Origin: Acidobacteriota bacterium
GTDB taxonomy: Bacteria; Acidobacteriota; CAIWXX01
Direction: 5' to 3'
NCBI GenBank assembly: GCA_040755995.1
Contig: JBFMAF010000023.1
Coordinates: 64,001 to 128,000, forward strand
Length of the DNA stretch: 64,000 nucleotides
Of this stretch, positions 59,738 through 64,000 are shown piece after piece. The notes beneath the pieces are model-generated. The model was not told where the DNA came from. It saw only the letters and a program-made list of their open reading frames with translations, and did no database searches. Positions within the stretch are counted from its first letter, which is position 1; each line of letters starts with the position of its first letter. Both the position numbers and the translations under genes were made by a program.

Positions 59738-59789
59738 CTCAGCCCTCTATTCGAGATACAGTTTGATCTTCATGTCCCTTCGCCCGTCA

Positions 59790-59902
59790 CGGAAGACAAA
59801 AGACGGGAGACGAAAGACGAAAGACGAGGGAGTAGCAGCGCGCGTCTTACGTCTACCATCTCACGTCTCTCGTCCCGGGCACACTCCGTCCCCGTCACGT
59901 TC
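59790..59902 (-). repeat. Heptamer-arm hairpin element R18 plus 27-bp motif
   Basis: ggaagacaaaagacgggagacgaaagacgaaagacg-agggagtagcagcgcg-cgtcttacgtctaccatctcacgtctctcgtc + gggcacactccgtccccgtcacgttc. Confidence 0.9.
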
Positions 59903-59979
59903 ATCCAATGTACCACACGTACGGGTCCTGTGCCGTCCGCCCGGCTTGATATACACATCACAATATGCATAATCGGCGT

Positions 59980-60249
59980 GTGAGATTCCATTGGCACGAG
60001 GACAAGCGAATGAGGATTCTTCAGCGGCATGGGCTCGACTTCGCCCAGGCCGAGCAGGTCTTCCAGGGCCCCACGTTCACCTTCGAGGATATCCGCAGGG
60101 ATTACGGAGAGCGCAGATGGGTGACGCTTGGACTTCTCGCTGCAGACGTCGTCGTGATCGTGCACACGGAATCCGAAGACGAAATCCGCATCATTTCGAT
60201 GCGAAAGGGTGAAAGACATGAAGAAAAGCTCTACTTCGAGAATCTCTGA
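59980..60249 (+). CDS. brnT: BrnT-family toxin
   Basis: FHWHEDKR...HGLDF, DYGERRW and IRIISMRK motifs; TTGATA-16-CATAAT promoter 6 nt before the GTG. Confidence 0.9.
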   Translation: MRFHWHEDKRMRILQRHGLDFAQAEQVFQGPTFTFEDIRRDYGERRWVTLGLLAADVVVIVHTESEDEIRIISMRKGERHEEKLYFENL

Positions 60250-60523
60250 TCTGCGCGACGAGTACCCGGTGGTCACCCCGGCGGACATGGATCGCGCCAA
60301 GTTTCGCATCGGACTCAGCCCGGTGCCGCGCAAGCAGCGGATCAACATGATGCTCGATAGCGGTATCATCGCCTACTTCAAGGCAAGAGCCGGCGGGCGC
60401 GGCTACCAGACGTTTATTAACGAGGCACTCAAGCGAACCATCGAGTCCGAATCCCTGGAGACCCTGTTGCGGCGCGTCATCAAAGAAGAGCTCGACCGCC
60501 AGGCCGCTCGCAAGGCCTCGTGA
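60218..60523 (+). CDS. brnA: BrnA-family antitoxin
   Basis: KQRINMMLD..IIAYFK..G.GYQTFINEALK. Confidence 0.9.
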   Translation: MKKSSTSRISDLRDEYPVVTPADMDRAKFRIGLSPVPRKQRINMMLDSGIIAYFKARAGGRGYQTFINEALKRTIESESLETLLRRVIKEELDRQAARKAS

Positions 60524-60615
60524 TCGGTCCCCCCGCCCGCGCCGGTCTCTTTGGCGGCAACATGTAGTGCTCACCCGGAACGCACGGGCCCGAGGTGTTA
60601 AAGTAGGGAATCATG

Positions 60616-60705
60616 GGACGTTAGACGGAAGACGAAAGACGGGAGACGAGAAGGCCGGGGCAAGCAGCAGCCCACGTCTCACCGCTAACGTCTTCCGTCT
60701 CTCAT
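60616..60705 (-). repeat. Heptamer-arm hairpin element R19
   Basis: gacgttagacggaagacgaaagacgggagacg-agaaggccggggcaagcagcagccca-cgtctcaccgctaacgtcttccgtctc; core identical to R16. Confidence 0.9.
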
Positions 60706-60765
60706 TCTCAGCCTGTCCAGACCGCACCGCAGCTCCAATCCGGGCTCGTCGCGCACAACCGCAGG

Positions 60766-61551
60766 CTATCGTTCAAGATCGAAGCTATGCACAACCACCC
60801 AACCGCGGCGTCCCGCCTCCTCCTCCGTCCCGGGCATGGCCATGTGGGTGACCAGCACGACCACGGCATCCGCCGTCCCCCAGTGCGATCGCGTCCGCGC
60901 CACCAACCGCTCAACCCCACTGAAATGCTTGCTCGCCGAGAGCTGCGTCTTTGCCTCCCCCAAGAGCCGCACCTTGCCGCCGTCCGCTCTCTCCGCAAGG
61001 CCCCAGAGGTTCACCTGCAGCGGTCGAGGGCCATTGCCCAGCCACACCCGCCGCAACGGCTCGACCACCTTGAGGCCAAGCCGCTGGGCAAGGAAAGCGG
61101 GCAAGGTGCGGTAGGCCAGGTTCTCGAGTCCGTATCCCACGGAATGGGACAGACCACCAAGCTCCTCCCGCATCTCCTTCATCTCCCCAACAAGCCCACG
61201 CATCGCCTCAGCAAGTTCCTCGACTCGCTTCTCTGTCCGTGCCTGCGCCTCAGCAAGCTCCTCAACTCGCCTCTCAGTCCGTGCCTGCGCCTCAGCAAGC
61301 TCCTCAACTCGCCTCTCAGTCCGTGCCTGCGCCTCGGCAAGCTCCGCTACAATGGCGCGCAACTGCACCTGACCCTCGGCAAGGTCAGCCACGACCGCTT
61401 TGAGCTCTCTGAACTCCGCCTTGGTCACCTGGTCAGCGAGCTCATCGTGCAGCTCCGCAAACGCCCTCATGAGCAGCCCCCTCGCCTTTGCGTCAAGCTG
61501 CGCCTCGGGAAGCTCCGCCAGCTCAGTCAATGTTCGCGCAAGGCTTGGCAT
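60766..61551 (-). CDS. Coiled-coil repeat protein with probable C-terminal PD-(D/E)XK-like domain
   Basis: (AEAQARTERRVEEL)x3 from a 42-bp tandem repeat at 61205-61345; GYGLE and QVNLWG..LLGEAK motifs. Confidence 0.65.
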   Translation of the reverse strand: MPSLARTLTELAELPEAQLDAKARGLLMRAFAELHDELADQVTKAEFRELKAVVADLAEGQVQLRAIVAELAEAQARTERRVEELAEAQARTERRVEELAEAQARTEKRVEELAEAMRGLVGEMKEMREELGGLSHSVGYGLENLAYRTLPAFLAQRLGLKVVEPLRRVWLGNGPRPLQVNLWGLAERADGGKVRLLGEAKTQLSASKHFSGVERLVARTRSHWGTADAVVVLVTHMAMPGTEEEAGRRGWVVVHSFDLER

Positions 61552-61582
61552 AGACTCCTCTCATCACGAATGATAGCATCTG

Positions 61583-62281
61583 TCAGCGCCTATCGCTACA
61601 TCCCGGAGCGATTCGCGTCGAGATCCGTCCGGCGTCTTCCATTATCTCGTCGTGATAGCGCGTGCCCACCCTGAGGTTCTCGGGCAGCGGGGCCTCCTCG
61701 TCCAGGTCGAGGCAGCTGAGGCAGCCCGGCGACCGCTCCTTATATCGGAGGCCGGTCTCGGGACAGGTGTAGACGCCCTCGCCGTCCGGGTCGCGCAACG
61801 GCAGGCCGTGGCGGCTGACCCATCCCGACTGGCGGGCAGGCACCCCGACCAGGAGAGCGTAGTCAGGTGCGTCCTTCACCACCACTGCGCCTGCGCCGAT
61901 CAGGGCGTACCGCCCGATCGTGATTCCGCAGACGATCGTGGCGTTGGCCCCGATCGAACAGCCGCGGCGCAGCTGCGTCTTCTCGTAGAGGCTGTGCCGG
62001 TTCACTTGCGAGCGGGGATTGGTGACGTTGGTCAGGACGCACGACGGCCCGAGGAAAACGTCGTCCTCGATCACAGTACCCGTGTAGATCGAGACGTTGT
62101 TCTGCACCTTCACGTTGTTGCCTATGATCACGTCATTGGCTACGTTGCAGTTCTGACCGAAGATGCAGTTGCGGCCGATCCGGGCGCCCTTCTGGATGTG
62201 ACAGAAGTGCCAGATCTTGGTGCCGTCCCCGATCTCGCACGGCTCGTCCACATAAGCCGACTCGTGCTTGAAGTAGCTCAT
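61583..62281 (-). CDS. wbpD: WbpD-like N-acetyltransferase, copy 1
   Basis: Hexapeptide repeats; IWHFCH and TNVTNPRS motifs; downstream of wbpA. Confidence 0.88.
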   Translation of the reverse strand: MSYFKHESAYVDEPCEIGDGTKIWHFCHIQKGARIGRNCIFGQNCNVANDVIIGNNVKVQNNVSIYTGTVIEDDVFLGPSCVLTNVTNPRSQVNRHSLYEKTQLRRGCSIGANATIVCGITIGRYALIGAGAVVVKDAPDYALLVGVPARQSGWVSRHGLPLRDPDGEGVYTCPETGLRYKERSPGCLSCLDLDEEAPLPENLRVGTRYHDEIMEDAGRISTRIAPGCSDRR

Positions 62282-62305
62282 TCAGCTCTCATTCTCGCAG
62301 GGAGC

Positions 62306-62377
62306 CCACGTCTTCCGTCTAACGTTTTCCGTCTTCCGTCCGACGTCCCCGGGCACACTCCGTCCCCGTCACGTTCC
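62306..62377 (-). repeat. Single arm R20 plus 27-bp motif
   Basis: cacgtcttccgtctaacgttttccgtcttccgtccgacgtc + gggcacactccgtccccgtcacgttcc. Confidence 0.85.
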
Positions 62378-62456
62378 AGGCAGCTGATGTGCCGCCGCCT
62401 GGAATTCTACTTTCGTCGTACTTATCTTAGGGGCACGCGGTCACAGGGTCAACACC

Positions 62457-62480
62457 CCGTCTTCCGTCTTCCGTCTCACG
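62457..62480 (-). repeat. Single arm R21 starting at the wbpA stop codon
   Basis: Minus strand reads TGAGACGGAAGACGGAAGACGG. Confidence 0.8.
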
Positions 62481-63798
62481 CCCTGACCACAACCGGGCCG
62501 CCTTCGCGCTTCGGCAGCAGGTTGCGTGTGTCGACGACGAGCGAGACATTGCGGTAGAGCTCCGCATCGCGGAACTTGCGGTGGGCGGTGGAAACGACGA
62601 CGGCGTCGTACCGGGCGAACTCCTCGGGGGTGCACGGGACCGATTGCGTGCCCAGGTCGTGGTGGCGCCCTTTGCGGGCGACCGGGATGTATGGGTCGCA
62701 GTAGCTGACGGCTGCGCCCTTCTCCTGCAGCAGCTCGATGATCTCGAACGACGGCGACTCGCGGTCGTCGTCGATGTCGGCTTTGTAAGAGAGACCGAGC
62801 ACCAACACCCTGGCTCCGCGGATGCTGGTACCCCGCGCGTTCAGCGCATCCACGGTCTTCTCCACTACGTACCTCGGCATCGACGTGTTGATCTCGCCGG
62901 CGAGCTCGATGAAGCGTGCCCACACCCCGTGCTCCGCAGCCTTCCACGCGAGATAGAACGGGTCGAGCGGAATGCAGTGCCCGCCAAGCCCCGGTCCCGG
63001 ATAAAACGGCATGAAGCCGAACGGCTTCGTCTTCGATGCCTCGATCACTTCCCAGATGTCAATCTTCATCCGGTCGAAAATCACCTTCAGCTCGTTGACA
63101 AGCGCGATGTTGACACCGCGGAATATGTTCTCCAGAAGCTTCGACGATTCGGCGACCTCAGGCGACGAGACCCGCACGACCCTGTCGACCGCTGCCGAGT
63201 ACAGAGAAACCGCCAGCTCGGTCGACGCCTCATCCATCCCGCCCACCACCTTCGGGATCGTCCTGGTCGTGAACCTTTCGTTCCCCGGGTCTTCGCGTTC
63301 CGGAGAGAAGGCAAGGAAAAAGTGCTGCCCGCACTTGAGGCCCGCGGCCTCGAACCGCGGCAGCAGCTCCTCACGCGTAGTCCCGGGGTAGGTTGTGGAC
63401 TCCAATACCACAAGCTGGCCCGGCCGCAGCCGGCGCGCGATTTCATCAGCCGTGCTGCGGATGTACGACAGATCGGGCTCGCGGTGCACGCCGAGCGGTG
63501 TCGGAACGCAGATCAGAATCGCATCGCATCCTGCCAGGCGATTGAAGTCGACCGTCGCCGAGAGCCGGCCGTTCCTCACGGCCGCCGCCACCCGAGCGCC
63601 GTCGATGTGCCTGATGTAGCACTCGCCGCGGGCCAGCTTCTCCACCTTGGCCGGATCCACGTCGAATCCCAGTACCGGGAAGCCGGCCCCTTCGAAAACC
63701 AGCCCGAGAGGCAGCCCCACGTAGCCCAACCCGACGATCCCCACGAGTGCCTCGCGATCCTGGATCTTTCGTAGAAGCTCGTCGCTGATCTCAGCCAT
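62476..63798 (-). CDS. wbpA: UDP-N-acetylhexosamine 6-dehydrogenase (WbpA/TviB family)
   Basis: GLGYVGLPL, CVPTPL, ESTTYPGTT, SPEREDPGN, GGHCIPLDP and YKADIDDDRESP motifs. Confidence 0.9.
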   Translation of the reverse strand: MAEISDELLRKIQDREALVGIVGLGYVGLPLGLVFEGAGFPVLGFDVDPAKVEKLARGECYIRHIDGARVAAAVRNGRLSATVDFNRLAGCDAILICVPTPLGVHREPDLSYIRSTADEIARRLRPGQLVVLESTTYPGTTREELLPRFEAAGLKCGQHFFLAFSPEREDPGNERFTTRTIPKVVGGMDEASTELAVSLYSAAVDRVVRVSSPEVAESSKLLENIFRGVNIALVNELKVIFDRMKIDIWEVIEASKTKPFGFMPFYPGPGLGGHCIPLDPFYLAWKAAEHGVWARFIELAGEINTSMPRYVVEKTVDALNARGTSIRGARVLVLGLSYKADIDDDRESPSFEIIELLQEKGAAVSYCDPYIPVARKGRHHDLGTQSVPCTPEEFARYDAVVVSTAHRKFRDAELYRNVSLVVDTRNLLPKREGGPVVVRA

Positions 63799-63813
63799 CG
63801 TGACTCCCCAGAA

Positions 63814-63932
63814 GTTAGACGTTAGACGGAAGACGTGAGACGCGCGCTGCACCGGACGGGAGACGTGAGCCGTTAGACCGAAGACGCACCCGGCTGCTTC
63901 CTGAAGCCCCTTCGTCTTCCGTCTTCCGTCTC
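63814..63932 (+). repeat. Heptamer-arm element R22 in the wbpA leader
   Basis: ttagacgttagacggaagacgtgagacgcgcgctgc...ttcgtcttccgtcttccgtctcc. Confidence 0.88.
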
Positions 63933-64000
63933 CCCTGTCGAGTATACTACAAATGTCGCTTGCACCGGGCTCCCCGTTCTGTTAACAGTATCATGCGGGA

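Overview
GC-rich bacterial window with three zones. (1) 1-12 kb: the end of a sugar-nucleotide operon, a thioesterase, a GT4, a thiolase plus fatty-acid oxidation multienzyme pair, a decayed toxin-antitoxin (TA) pair and a few exported or membrane proteins. (2) About 27-55.8 kb: an intact, tightly coupled minus-strand surface-polysaccharide cluster with neuABC, an AsnB-like amidotransferase, several GT4s, a Wzx-like flippase, a Wzy/WaaL-like protein, a deacetylase, methyltransferases, a small phosphoglycosyl transferase, a DegT aminotransferase and a TPP-dependent E1 alpha/beta pair. (3) Two flanking scrambled zones (about 12-26.4 kb and 56.2-64 kb) packed with TA modules, PD-(D/E)XK-type nuclease genes (AAA-ATPase fusions, Rpn) and gene fragments. 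About 22 copies of a hairpin element punctuate these flanks: a left arm of (AGACGNN)n heptamers, a GTG(A/C)GCTGCT(A/G)C core and a right arm of (NNCGTCT)n. I cannot assign it to a named family. The elements often start at stop codons, sit at gene-fragment breakpoints and were not seen in the central cluster. No integrase or classical transposase is visible. The best candidate for an undescribed system is this heptamer-hairpin-delimited cassette zone around a polysaccharide locus, which also splits wbpB into three pieces. All product calls come from motif recognition by eye, not database searches, and misassembly cannot be excluded.
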